Under the pieces are notes generated by a model. The model made no database searches. It was not told the origin of the DNA and saw nothing but the letters and a program-made list of their open reading frames with translations. This document shows positions 1 to 11,980 of a stretch of DNA of 64,000 nucleotides, one piece after another (positions within the stretch are counted from its first letter, which is position 1; each line of letters starts with the position of its first letter). The stretch spans positions 104,060,613-104,124,612 of the forward strand of contig NC_068981.1 of the NCBI RefSeq assembly GCF_001194135.2, in the 5' to 3' direction. The position numbers and the translations under genes were made by a program. The stretch comes from Octopus bimaculoides. Its lineage: Eukaryota.

Positions 1-959
1 TTCGACGGGAGAGTCTATAATACACAGATTATATATATATGTATGCATGTATATATATTGTGTGTATGTGTGTGTAATCATGTATGACCTTTGCTGGGTC
101 GACTGGGTGACGAAAGTGTGATGTTGAAAGACTTGAAACCCCACTGGCCATGCATCCCAGAGCATCCCCAAGATGTACCTTTAAACTAAGCTATATATAT
201 ATAACCATGTGTATGTATATCAAAACCATAATGATATCCGTTAGGCTGCTGATGATGGAAATGTATGTTTGATATACATGTTGTCTCTGAATCTTTTATA
301 TCTTGTACTTCATTTTTGTAGGGTTGAACTTGTTAAGGGATTTTTGGTTTCCTGGTTTATGGTGGTGGTGTTTTTTTTTTATACTACACATTCATTTTGC
401 ATGATTGTCCTTCATAGGGATTCTAATTCTGGTTGGGGTAATACTTATTTAAATGTTTCTAGTTTATGGAATATTTGTTGTAAATACATATATATGTACT
501 CATACACACATATGCATATATTTATGCATATATGTATGGGTGCATCTCTACATATGTTTATGTGTATCTTTGTAAGCTCCAGATATAATGTATGTATAAT
601 TTATATGCTCCAGATATAATGTATGTACAATTTATATGAAATATTGAGTATAAGACCTATGTACTTATAAATGCATGAAAAATATATGCATGCATTTCTA
701 GTAGAGGTGTTAAAATTGAGTATGTGTGTATATAAGGAATATGTGTACAGATATTTTAAGTTATACATCCACACACATGAATGAATTTGTGTCTTGCCAT
801 ATTCATATATATGTTTTTATGGTTTTGTGTGCATCAGATTGATATATACACACATATATGCATGTATAAATTATGTGCATGCACACATTTATGCATATGT
901 GTTTATGTCTGTATGTGTCTGGATAAGAATGAGAGAAAGGGGAGATTATATATGCATAT

Positions 960-1062
960 TTTATATGAACGTGTTTATAAATGTATTATATATATATATA
1001 TATAGCTGTATGTGTATTTGTGTGTGTGTATGTATATATATATATATAGTTGTATGTGTGTT

Positions 1063-1101
<39 letters not shown>

Positions 1102-1202
1102 GTGTGTGTATTTGTATATATGTATATACTGTTGTGTGTGTATTTGTGTTTGTACATATATATATATATATATGTATATACACATATTCAGATACACTAC
1201 AG

Positions 1203-1264
<62 letters not shown>

Positions 1265-1281
1265 CAGAGATACACACAGCA

Positions 1282-1313
<32 letters not shown>

Positions 1314-1350
1314 GTGTATGTATGGTTTTGTGTATGTATGTGTGTGTGTA
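960..1350. repeat. Compound (TA)n/(TG)n microsatellite tract
   Basis: Directly visible; source of the YI/CV/HT ORF calls. Confidence 0.95.
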
Positions 1351-2140
1351 TGTAAGTTATATTATGTCATATTATATTGCCAAGGCAGGCCATTGGGTAG
1401 AAAGTTATTAACATATATAATTTGCTTCTTGTATCCTCTAAATGCTGAATTGTTTTGTTTATCAATGCATAACTACATGTGCGTGAATGTGTGCATGCTG
1501 CATGTGTACATGTGTGTGCCTGTCTGCCTCTGTATGTGTGTGTGTGACTTAATATTATATACCAGCACTAAGCCTGTCATATTTAACATCTCTCTCCATA
1601 TTACGAATGCAGGCCTACAATATTGCTTCCATCCCTAATGTCTTCTTTTTTATTGCCCATTTATATTTATATTCTTGGATATACATTGGATGGTTGGATA
1701 GATGAGTCCACGAATCAATCCATGATGTATTCTGAAAATATTCAAATTTGGATATTTTCTTTTTATTTTCTGCATGCGTGTATGTGTGTTTTAGTTTTGC
1801 TTTTAAACATTTACCCTAAAAGAATTTATTCATATGGAAGCTTGGATAGGTCTGATGGGTAGATTCTATACTTCTTCAGTATCATACTTTTACAGTAGTT
1901 TATAATATCTATCTATAGATTTGTCCTTTTTGGTCTTTCTTTTTTCTTTTGTGTGCATCTTGTGTCTCTCTAGCCATCAATCACTCCATCCATGCACTAT
2001 TTCTCTGTCTCTGGAGAACCTGTATGTGGTTGCTCGACCTGCAAGAAGTAGCAACCTTATCGCTCCCTCAAAATGATACCCTAACACCTTAAAAAAAGGA
2101 CAGATGTATATCCAAGGTAATGTGGTCCTGCATATATCTT

Positions 2141-2417
2141 TTGCCTTTTACTTGTTCCAACCATTAGATTGTGGCCAGACTGGAGCACTGCCTTGAAGAG
2201 TTTTAGTTGAATGTACTTATTTTTTCAAGCTAGGTACTTATTCTATCAGTCCCTTTTGCCAAACCACTAAGTTACAGGGATGTAAACACACCAGCACCAG
2301 TTGTCAAGCAGTGGTGGTGGTGGGGACAAATGCAGACACAAACACACACACACACAGATACATACACACAATGGGCTTCTTTCAGTTTCTGTCTACCAAA
2401 TCCACTCACAAGGCTTT
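2141..2417 (-). mobile_element. SINE family 1 (tRNA head + CORE-like domain + internal microsatellite), partial
   Basis: Matches the 3' half of the 11981-12376 copy (tacttattctatc...cttagttac...gggcttctttcagttt). Confidence 0.8.
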
Positions 2418-2480
2418 ATTATATCTTTAAACAAAGATGAAAAGATCAAAACTTGAACTCCTTTTCATCTTACATAACTG

Positions 2481-2872
2481 GGTGTGTGGTTAAGGAGCCT
2501 GCTTCTTAACTATGTGATCTTTGGTTCATTCCTATGGTGTGGCATCTTGGGCAAGTGTCTTTTACAATAATCTCAGGCTGGCCAACAAAAGCCTTGTAAG
2601 TGGATTTCATCATGTGTGTGTGTGTGTGTGTGCATGTGTGTGTGTGCGTGTGTGTGTGTGCATGTGTGTGTGTATGTGTGCATGTGTGTGTGTATGTATG
2701 TACCCTTGTCATGACACCATTTGATGGTTGTAGGTGTGCACCACTGTCATACAAGTGATGTTGTTTGTTTGCAGTCTTCCATGTAAAACATGTCTGGTTA
2801 GGAAGAGCATCTAGCAGCAGAAAATCTGCCTAAACAAATTCTATCTGACTCATGCAAGCATGGAAAAAAAGA
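2481..2872 (+). mobile_element. SINE family 1 head/core with the alternative RTE-type 3' tail
   Basis: Head and core (ttgggcaagtgtc) as in 11575, then a TG microsatellite, then a tail ending catgcaagcatggaaaa like the RTE 3' ends in this window. Confidence 0.75.
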
Positions 2873-3032
2873 AAAGCTTGTGGTAAGAAGTTTGCTTCCC
2901 AACCACATGGTTCTGGCTTCAGTCCCACTGCATGGTACCTAATTATTGAGAGTAATCTGAAATGATATTATATGAATATGAAAAATTGCAGCTTAATGCA
3001 GCAGATGTAGAAACATATGTTGCAATGCATAA

Positions 3033-5659
3033 CACTAAACAACAAAATGTTTGCTACTATTAGATGAAATGGTGCTCATAGGTAATTTGGGAGCACTGAT
3101 TCCAAATCTGCAATCATTTTTGCTCTAGCATGTCACATTTTTGTACTATCATTATTATGCTGCTATCAAAATTATAATTATGTGAAAATTCATGACAAAT
3201 AAAATGAATGTTATATTAAGTTTAAATAACCATTATTTGGTCTAAGAACAATAGCAACTAGGTGGATAAGTAACTCTAAAACCAATAAGACACAAAACAA
3301 AAGTGTAAAATGAAAATGAATATTATTAATTTTATGTTTTTCAAAAATAGCTTTGGCGTCTTCTTTTATGCTTATGTTGCATGCCCATTTCTCATTTTAA
3401 AAACCAACAGTAGTCCGTCAGCATGTTTGGTGTAAGTCTGCCATTCTAGCAGCTTTCTAGCTCTTTGATTTCTTGATGAAATCATTCACCATGCTCATTA
3501 CTTACATCACCCATATTGGGTGGAAAAAAGACAAGATGAGAGTGGAGAAAATGAATTTTTAGAGACATTCTTGCTCCAAGTTGCTTGTAAGCTTTCAAAA
3601 AATCATTCACAATTGCAATGTAGTTAGATGATTTTTCATTCCCCAAAACTTTTTTTACAAGAGAAACAAACTTTTCCCCAGCAGTTTTCTCTATTGGTCT
3701 TAGTTTTTCTTGAAAAAGCTCAGTACAAATTAGTGTGCAAATTTCTGGTCCATTAAAAACACCAGCTTCACTCTTGCTAGAAACAAAATTTTCACTGAGA
3801 TATTTGAATCCTTCACTGTCTTCATTCATGGCCTTAACAAAATTCTTAAACAAGCCAAGATTAATGTGTAAGGGAGGAAGGTAAATTTTCTGAGGGTCAA
3901 CTAAAGGGATATATTTAATGTTGTATCTCCCTGGAGTGAAATCACTTCTCTTTGGCCACTCTTTTTGATCATAGGGATGTTTGTCATCTCTGCTGTTCCA
4001 AAGGCGCAAAAAGCACCAATGCATTGTATACCCCATTTGCAACCAAAGAAATAAACCAATGACTTTCACATCCCTGCATATATTCCACTTGTGCTCAGAA
4101 TATTTAATCAAGTGTAAAATTTTATCCATTTTATTCATAAGTTTCCGTTAATCCTACAGCATGTACTACTGGTATTGAGGGTTTTTGATTGCCATTATGC
4201 AGCAAAACAGCTTTTAGGTTTGCTTTGCTGGAATCTATGAATCACATCAAAAACAAATACCGTCTTTCTCTGTAAAAAAAATCATGCAATTTTGTATGCC
4301 ATTTTCGAAAATATGAGCATTTTACACTATCATGTAAAAGATTCCATTTTTTCCACCTGGAGCCCAAGTGTTCTGACTTTTCGTTTGTTAAATCCCAGTC
4401 TAACTAAATCATTTAACTCAAGTTGACTTAATAAATGAGGAACTTTCTTTGAAGATCCTGGTTCATCACAGTGATCTGCTGTATCACTCGGCACGCCTTC
4501 AATTGAAGTAGATTCAGTACTTTCTTCACTTAAACTATCTTTGTCAAAAGATGAAGGAGGTTCTGGAATTGGAATATTTTCAGGAGCATGAACAACTGGT
4601 TTTAAAGCTGAAGGGCAATCTGGATAAACAATCTTGGATTTGTTGTTTCTTAGAGAAACCTGTGATGTTAGTTAAGCAGAAATAATGATTGGTATAGTGA
4701 TTTGTTGGTTTGCGCCATATCATTGATACTGCAAATGGCATACTTTTCCATTTACCATTCAGTCATTGGGTTAGTGCTATGTAGCAGTTTTTGCAACAAC
4801 CATGAGGTGCCCACAGTTTATCTTGGTCCCCAACTTTGCACCCAAAGTAAAGCTTGTAGGCATTTTAAAATTTCTTTGTAAGCTTATTTCTCTGATCTTT
4901 TAGCATAAATTTTCTACACATAACAAAAGCTGTCCAGGTGATTAGCACAAACTTTTCTCCTCATTATAAATACATACAATAATAACTTAAATCAACACTC
5001 AGAGAAGCCTATAAGTAAACTAAAATATAAAATTAATCAACTATAAATGTTACTGTAAGACATCAAAATATATTTCTCAAAAAAAAACAACAAATCATTG
5101 AAATTATTATAGAATGCACTGAAGCTATGGCTATCATGAAACAGTTTTTTTTCTATCTTTAAATTTCAAACATTGATCACTTTAATAAATAACTAAGCTA
5201 ACTACTAAACTACTTTTCATATAACCTGGCTATTTTATTTGATGTACTTTGTTTTAACAGCACTAGCAGTTATAAAAACAAGGGAGTCTGAGAGGCTTAC
5301 TATAACCTAATATCAATAGCCTATTGTGAGGAGAACTTTACTATAATTACAGCAATAACAAAGTTAAATAAATTCTCATCTTGTGTGGCAATTTAACAGG
5401 TAGCCTACATTTCCCTCTATCAGCACTTATTTTTGTTTCAGTGATGAGTATATGAATGAAAATCGAAAGCAAATAGCCTACTACTTTATCAATATTATCA
5501 ATGTTAAATTGGTTGGAAAATCTGATGCTGTGAATAACTAAAAAACTACATATGCTGTCTGAAAACTGATGTCAGATTCGGATTCAGCACCCTAAAATTA
5601 CCCTAAATCGGGTGAAAAAGTTTAAATAGCATGACAAAAAATTTTTTTGTTGACCAGTG
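3033..5659 (-). mobile_element. Full-length decayed Chapaev-3-type (CMC superfamily) DNA transposon
   Basis: The left end CACTAAACAACAAAAT and the reverse-complemented right end CACTGGTCAACAAAAA match at 12/16, with similar subterminal blocks (GGTAATTT...CTGAxTCCxAATCTG). TAA flanks both ends (3030-3032, 5660-5662) as a 3-bp TSD. An internal transposase remnant lies on the - strand. Confidence 0.85.
3341..4964 (-). pseudogene. Chapaev-3-type transposase with stops, frameshifts and an internal deletion
   Basis: Manual translation gives MRRKVCANHLDSFCYV..YFGCKVGDQDKLWAPH..MPFAVSMIWRKPTNH..PHLLSQLELNDLVR..FIDSSKANLKAVLLHNGN..ICRDVKV..LPPLHINLGLFKNFVKAM..MSLKIHFLHSHLVFFPPNMGDVSNEHGE*FHQEI..DYCW. 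These motifs are typical of the family. The ORF-track ORF 3482-4138 is part of it. Confidence 0.9.
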
Positions 5660-5736
5660 TAATCAAAGGCCATAAATTCCCATCCTCTTATTGTTATTGT
5701 TGTTGTTGTAGTTGTCATTGTCCTCCTCCTCATTAT

Positions 5737-5990
5737 TATAATATTAAGGCATTGAACTGGTAGAATTCTTAGCACACTGGACAAAATGCTTAGCGGTATT
5801 TTGCTCATCACTACATTCTGAGTTCAAATTCTGCTAAGGTCGACTTTGCCTTTTATCCTCTTGGGGTCAATAAAATAAGTACCATTTGAACACTGGATGA
5901 TGTAATCAACTCATCCCCACCCTAAAAATTTCAGCCCTTGTAGCAAAATTTGAAACCATTATTATTATTATTATTATTAATATCATTATT
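5737..5990 (+). mobile_element. SINE family 3 (tRNA-derived, TTA tail)
   Basis: A-box-like tggtagaat, B-box gagttcaaattc, body gtcgactttgcctttt...aataagtacc, (TTA)n tail. Many further copies occur in the window. Confidence 0.8.
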
Positions 5991-6024
5991 ATTATTATTA
6001 TATCCGTTTGTGTGTATATTTGCT

Positions 6025-6392
6025 TCGCAACTACATGGTTCTGGGTTCAGTCTCACTGTGCAGCACTTTGGCCAAGTGTGTTCTACTTCAGTGTAAGGCT
6101 GACCAAAGCATTGTGAGGGGATTTAGTAGAAGGAGACTGAAAGAAGTTCATCACACACATATGCGTGTGTGTGTGTGTTTGGCCCCTACCACCACTTGAC
6201 AGCCAATGTTGCTTTGTTTACATCCCCATAACTTAGTGGTTCTTCAAAAAGACCAATAAAATAAGTACCAGGCTTCACAAAAAAAAAAAGGTAATAAAAT
6301 GTATTGGTTAATTCATTCAACTAAAAACTCTTCATGGTAGTGCCCCAGCATGACCACAGTCTAATGACTGAAACAAGTAAGAAAAGTGAAAA
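6025..6392 (+). mobile_element. SINE family 1 copy
   Basis: Colinear with 11575-11968, ending tgactgaaacaagtaag. Confidence 0.8.
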
Positions 6393-6532
6393 AGAAAAAT
6401 GTTTGTATAATGTTTAAAAAGTGATATAATTTGTAATTTAAAAATCTTTTTATTCCATAAGTTCAGTGTATTTTACAACTGACAGTATTATTTCAAGTTG
6501 CAACTTTGCTCTCCTCAAGGAAATGTTTAAAC

Positions 6533-6776
6533 CAGTGGTTCTGAAATGGGGTTCATTTGACCCTTAGGAATCTACATAAGAATTTGTTGCTAAAAATTAC
6601 ATGTAATAAACTAGTTACATGTCTACAATACACAAAATATTTCAACAATTTTATATACAATTCTTGATAATATTTAATTACAAAAATATTCTTTAAAGGT
6701 TTAAATGGCTATCAAGATCCATTTGAGTAAAATTGGAATCAATGTGGTCCACAGGCAAAAAAGTGACTGAGAATCA
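6533..6776. mobile_element. hAT (Charlie-like) MITE, degenerate right end
   Basis: Starts CAGTGGTTCTGAA. The internal sequence is the reverse complement of the 48167-48391 copy. Confidence 0.6.
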
Positions 6777-7213
6777 ACTTTGGGGGTTGATCAGTTCTAA
6801 ATCAAAGAATTTGATCCTCCAAGAAAGATAATCAGGGATATGGAATCATTCCCATCATTGATCACACCAAGTTTATAAAAACTGAGTCAGTTCTCATGGA
6901 GGGTCTGCCAAAGCAATGAGTGTTCTTGTTATTACTCAACTCAGCCTTTCAGCCACTAAAATTACTACCAGTCATGCACTGGGATCGATATAATCAGCTA
7001 GACCCCGACCCCAAAATTTCAGGCCTTGTACCTATTGTAGGTACAAATGCAGCCTCTTATGCCTAACTTACAATAAACCAAAAATAAACAATCACACCAT
7101 CAAAATCTTGAATTTACAAAACAACGAATGATTAATTCAAAACAATGTGAATGAAAAATCTTTATTTACATTATTCTTTTTGATGGATATGTGTCCTCAT
7201 CTTGTTTGTTGTT

Positions 7214-7259
7214 AACACAATGTTACGGCTGATATACCCTCCAGCCTTCATCAGGTGTT
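7214..7259 (-). ncRNA. Inverted copy of the same hammerhead, with the same GUAA mutation
   Basis: The reverse complement reads AACAC-CTGATGA-A-GGCTG-gagggtatat-CAGCC-GTAAC-AT-T-GTGTT. Confidence 0.6.
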
Positions 7260-7307
7260 TTGGGGAAATTTTGCACCTGTTCTCATTCCTAAGGTATTTT
7301 TTTGATG

Positions 7308-7371
<64 letters not shown>

Positions 7372-7537
7372 GGTCACTGCCTGGAATCGAACCATGGGCA
7401 TATGGCGTAGTGGTTAAGAGCACAGGCTACTAACCCCAAGATTCCGAGTTCGATTCCAGGCAGTGACCTTAATAATAATAATAGCAACATAAAAAAAATA
7501 CCTTAGGAATGAGAACCCAGGTTCAAAATTTCCCCAA

Positions 7538-7583
7538 GACACCTGATGAAGGCTGGAGGGTATATTAGCCGTAACGTTGTGTT
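7538..7583 (+). ncRNA. Minimal type I hammerhead ribozyme, core mutated (GAAA->GUAA)
   Basis: GACAC-CTGATGA-A-GGCTG-gagggtatat-TAGCC-GTAAC-GT-T-GTGTT. Stems I and II pair, and stem III is AC/GU with no loop. Confidence 0.65.
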
Positions 7584-8213
7584 AACAACAAACAAAATGA
7601 GGACAAATATCCGTCAAATATAAATAATGTACATAATTCCTCATCTCTTAAATATAGAACTGTAAAAAGCTTTATATTTGAAAGAATAATCTGAATGCTA
7701 AATGGTTAGCTGACCTCAAGAAATATCTTTCAAATCTACATCATTTGGTAAAGAGATTTGAGTTTCACATTTTTAGATTCATAAGAGGGTGATAATTGAT
7801 TATCAATTCCAAATCTTCCTCTGGTGCCTTAAATCTACTGATGGAGTGATGACCACTGGATGGGGTGGGGGTTATTCAGCAACTATTACATCAGTAAAAA
7901 AAAAAACAAAAATAAAACATTTGCTTCTTTCTGACCATGACATCAAGAATAAAGAGCATTAAAACCAATGAGATTTATCATCATCATCATTTTAATGTTC
8001 ACTTTTCTATGCTTGTGTGGGTTAGACAGAATTTTTTGAGGCAGATTTTCTATGACTGGATGCCTTCCTCCCCATCTTTTTGTCAGGTAAGATAATGTTT
8101 TCATATACCCTGACATGTTATTCATGGAAGACTGGGAATAAATATCACTTGTATGACAGCGACAATTGTTTACAATCAGTTGACATCAAGAGAAGACACA
8201 CACATATGTAATA

Positions 8214-8265
<52 letters not shown>

Positions 8266-9029
8266 GCACAGGTGCCACATAAAAAGCACCTGTGCCAGTG
8301 TCATATAAGGTCCACTTGTGATAGTTCCATGTTGAAAGCACCTGTATGGATGCCATATAAAGAGCACCCATGCCAGTGCCACAGAATAGCAATTGGAGCT
8401 GGTGCCACATAAAAAGCACCCAATGCACTCTGTAAAGTGGTTGGCATTAGGAAGGGCATCCAGCCATAGAAACTATTCCAAAATATGCCAGCAGGCCAGC
8501 TCCTGTCAAATTGTCCAATCCATGCCAGCATGGAAAGCAGGCATTAAAGGATGACGATAATGATGAAGAGGATAATATATATAGATGGGCTTCTTTCAGA
8601 TTCTGTCATACCAATAACAATTCTACTGATAAGACTTTGGCTGGCCCACAACTATAGCCAAAGACATTCGCCCAAGATGTTGCATTATGGAACTGAACTC
8701 AAAATCATTTAATTGAGAAGCAAGCATCTTAATCACACAGCCATTCCTACACTTAAGACATTCAGTTGCTATATTTAATTTAAATGTTGTGGATCATACA
8801 TAAGAGTCCACTGTGCCTCTGTTGGCAAGGTAATTGCTCCAGTTTACCTAACTAAACACTGAATTAATTCTACTCTAATTTCATAGTTGATTGATTTGTT
8901 ATAGGAAGTGCATTCAGCTCTGAAAATAATTGCTCCATACTAGTATGAAAAAAATGGATGTGAAACAGTACAATAATTTTTGTAGCTCAATTCCAGCCGA
9001 TTACTTCCTTCATATCTACCAAAACTTAA

Positions 9030-9226
9030 CCCTTTAGCATTCAGATTATTCTGTCAAATGTAATGCTTATTTATTCATATTGTTTTGAATTAATCATGCA
9101 TTATCTTGCAGCCTTGAGATTTTAATGATGTCATTGCTTATTTTTTACAATGACATTATCGGCCAGATCTGGCCAGTTTGACCATAAAATAGATAGAATA
9201 TTTTGGCAGATTTGAGTGCCAAAGGG
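9030..9226. mobile_element. piggyBac-like MITE
   Basis: TIRs CCCTTTAGCATTCAGAT / ATTTGAGTGCCAAAGGG, with TTAA on both sides (9026-9029, 9227-9230). Confidence 0.85.
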
Positions 9227-10626
9227 TTAAACTGAATGGAAGAAATGGTTTTGATAAATGTGTTTTCTCATTTGTTCCCCTCCTACCACAACCACTACAA
9301 ATTTGAAGAGAGTGTTCTAGTCCAAGCTAAGCGGTAGAATTCTGAGGTCATTGGTTAGAATACCTTTTAGTACTTATTCTGACTCTCTGTATTCTATGTT
9401 AAAGTCCTGCTTTAGTCAGTCCCTGTCTTTCATCTTTCATTATCATCATTTTAACGTCCACTTTTCCATGCTTGCATGGGTCAGACAAAATTTTGTTGAG
9501 GCAAATTTTCTACAGTTGGATGCTCTTTCTGTTCCTAATACTCACTTGTTTCTAAGAAAAGTAATATTTCCAATATTTCCCCATGGCCAGACATGTTTTC
9601 CATAGGAGATTGGAAGTGAACAACATTGCTTGTATGACAGTTATGCTTGGTTACGATCATTATGTGATGTTAAAAGGCAGTGACCTGATAGAACATTGCA
9701 CGATGGGCAAAATATTGAATGGCACTTTGTCCGTTGGCACATTCTGAATTCAAATTCCACGGAGGTTAACTTTGCCTTTCAGGCTTGATAAAATAAATAG
9801 CAGTGAAACACTGGGGTCAGTGTAATCAACTAGAACCTTCCCCTAAAGTTTCAGGGCTTGTGCTTTTAATAGAAGAAAATAAAAAAGGATTACATAATGT
9901 CAAAATGAGGATGTACACAATCACATATCCACACACTCACACACACATATACATTATATATATATGTACATAGGCAAATTAAACATAAAAACAAAACCAA
10001 CAAAAGTCAAAAGACATACTCAGTAAATGTATTAGGTTGACACTCAATTTAAGATGCAAATAAGAGTTGGGGGTGATGTTTCACACATGGCTTTTTCATC
10101 AGAAAGAGAAAAGGTCCAGAGAGAAAGAAAAGAATAGTCAGATATATACAGAGTGTCCATAAGGTTTGGGTACATGTTGTAAATAAAATCATTATATAAA
10201 CAATTAAATATAAGAAATAATAATTTCTTAAAGTATGTGTTAATCCCTTGTACCCAGACTTTGTGGACACCCTGTATAACAAGCTCGAACCCACAAGAGT
10301 AAACAAGAGAGACAGAGACAAACAGAAACAGAAATACTATGCAAATATTCTTTTAAAATACTTTCCATTTAATTTCTCCAAAATTTATTTGTTTTCCATA
10401 CTTACAGTTGAAAAAGTCTCATGGACCAAAACTGGTACTGAAATGCTTTTTATAAAATTATTTTAGCATTTTCTACCTTGACTTTTTTTCCATATATATC
10501 AACTTGTGTGTTCCTTTTCAACCTTCTACATATATATATATATATATATTGATATATATGATGCCAACGAATCCTGATATATCATAATTTTACATGTATA
10601 TTGGGTGGGGGCAGCAGTATATGCAA

Positions 10627-10668
<42 letters not shown>

Positions 10669-10922
10669 ACACAGTGTGCTTCTTTCATTTCTCATCTACC
10701 ATATGCACTCACCATGCTTTAGTTGACCCAGGGCTATTGTAAAAGGCACTTACTTGCCCAAGATGCTGCACTGTAGGACTGAACTCAAGACCATGTGGTT
10801 GAGAAGCAAGCTTCTCAACCATATGCCCACAACTACCAATAAAATTAAATAGCAACTCAATCTTAAAGCATTAGACATGATTCTTTGTGTTATTTTTTTT
10901 CCATCTCTCTGTGTTCTGACAG

Positions 10923-11009
10923 TAACACCTGTAACAACACCAGTACCAAGCTGTATCAATCCTTGCTTTGCCTTAGTCAATGTTGGTACCATGGACAAAA
11001 GAAACATGG
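10923..11009 (+). CDS. Candidate 87-nt symmetric internal exon of an unidentified host gene
   Basis: Acceptor ttttttccatctctctgtgttctgacag, donor GG|GTAACT. Two frames are open (TPVTTPVPSCINPCFALVNVGTMDKRNM or NTCNNTSTKLYQSLLCLSQCWYHGQKKH). No homology recognised. Confidence 0.3.
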
Positions 11010-11574
11010 GTAACTATTAGATTTCTGCAAAGTTTATTTTGCAAAGGTCTGCATATACACATATACAGGCGTAGATATTTGGTCAACCCTGACCAATATA
11101 GGCTTTGTATACACACACACACGTGTATAACAATTACAAAATGAAAGACATTTATTAGCTGTTCAAAAACACACAAAGACTGCAAACTTCAATTAAACAT
11201 TGGTATGACAGAAATTTTGACATCAAATAATAAATTTTTAAGTGAAGTTAACAGTTTTTGTATGTTTTTGAATGACTAATATTTGTGTTCCATGCTGTAA
11301 TTGTTTCAGTTTCAACATACAATCTCAAATCACTTGCCTAGCAAGTACGCCTGTAAAATACATATATACACAGACATGCATACTCATACAGATGTATATA
11401 CATATATATGTATACATACATACATATATATACACACATAGATAGATAGATACACACAAATACACAATGTCTTTAAGATACTTGGTTTATTTTATAAATA
11501 TGCCTGTTCAAGAATCATAATAGCATAAAACTATTAGTAGTTCTTTCAGCTGTGTATTTAATTTGATATATATA

Positions 11575-11735
11575 GGAGTGGGTGTGTGGTAAGTAGCTTG
11601 CTTACCAACCACGTGGTTCCGGGTTCAGTCCCACTGCATGGCACCTTGGGCAAGTGTCTTCTACTATAGCCTTGGGCCGACCAAAGCCTTGTGAGTGGAT
11701 TTGGTAAACAGAAACTGAAAGAAGCCTGACGTATA

Positions 11736-11766
<31 letters not shown>

Positions 11767-11968
11767 CTGTGTTTGTCCCCCCCCCAACATCACTTGACAG
11801 CCGATGCTGGTGTGTTTAGGTCCCCGTAACTTAGCAGTTCAGCAAAAGAGACCAAAAGAATAAGTACTAGGCTTACAAAGAATAAGTCCTGGGGTTGATT
11901 TGCTCGACTAAAGGCAGTGCTCCAGCATGGCCACAGTCAAATGACTGAAACAAGTAAAAGAGAGTAAA
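11575..11968 (+). mobile_element. SINE family 1, full length
   Basis: tRNA-like head ggagtg..gtggtaag..ggttcagtccc, CORE-like ccttgggcaagtgtcttc, internal (TG)n, tail gctccagcatggccacagtcaaatgactgaaacaagtaaaag. Confidence 0.9.
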
Positions 11969-11980
11969 GTGTAAGAGTAT

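Larger units (their letters stand above)
7165..7663 (+). mobile_element. tRNA-headed, hammerhead-bearing retroposon with an inverted 5' arm
   Basis: The forward unit 7396-7663 has A box TGGCGTAGTGG, B box GAGTTCGATTCC, (AAT)n, an HHR and a tail. An inverted partial copy spans 7165-7392. The TSD is AAAAATCTTTA (7154-7164) / AAAAAGCTTTA (7664-7674). It sits inside a reverse-oriented copy of the 9030 MITE. Confidence 0.8.

Noticed and set aside
577-638. 31-bp tandem duplication (gctccagatataatgtatgta.aatttatat x2)
   Set aside because: An ordinary slippage duplication with no further structure.
269-1640. Numerous ORF-track ORFs rich in YI/CV/HT dipeptides (also 21253-21571, 22694-23056, 25959-26451, 50265-50841, 59326-59748, 61779-62100)
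   Set aside because: These are translations of (TA)n, (TG)n and (GA)n repeats, with no coding features.
7396-7468. tRNA gene candidate (also 43663-43735)
   Set aside because: A/B boxes are present but the acceptor stem does not close. Each is the head of a TSD-flanked retroposon.
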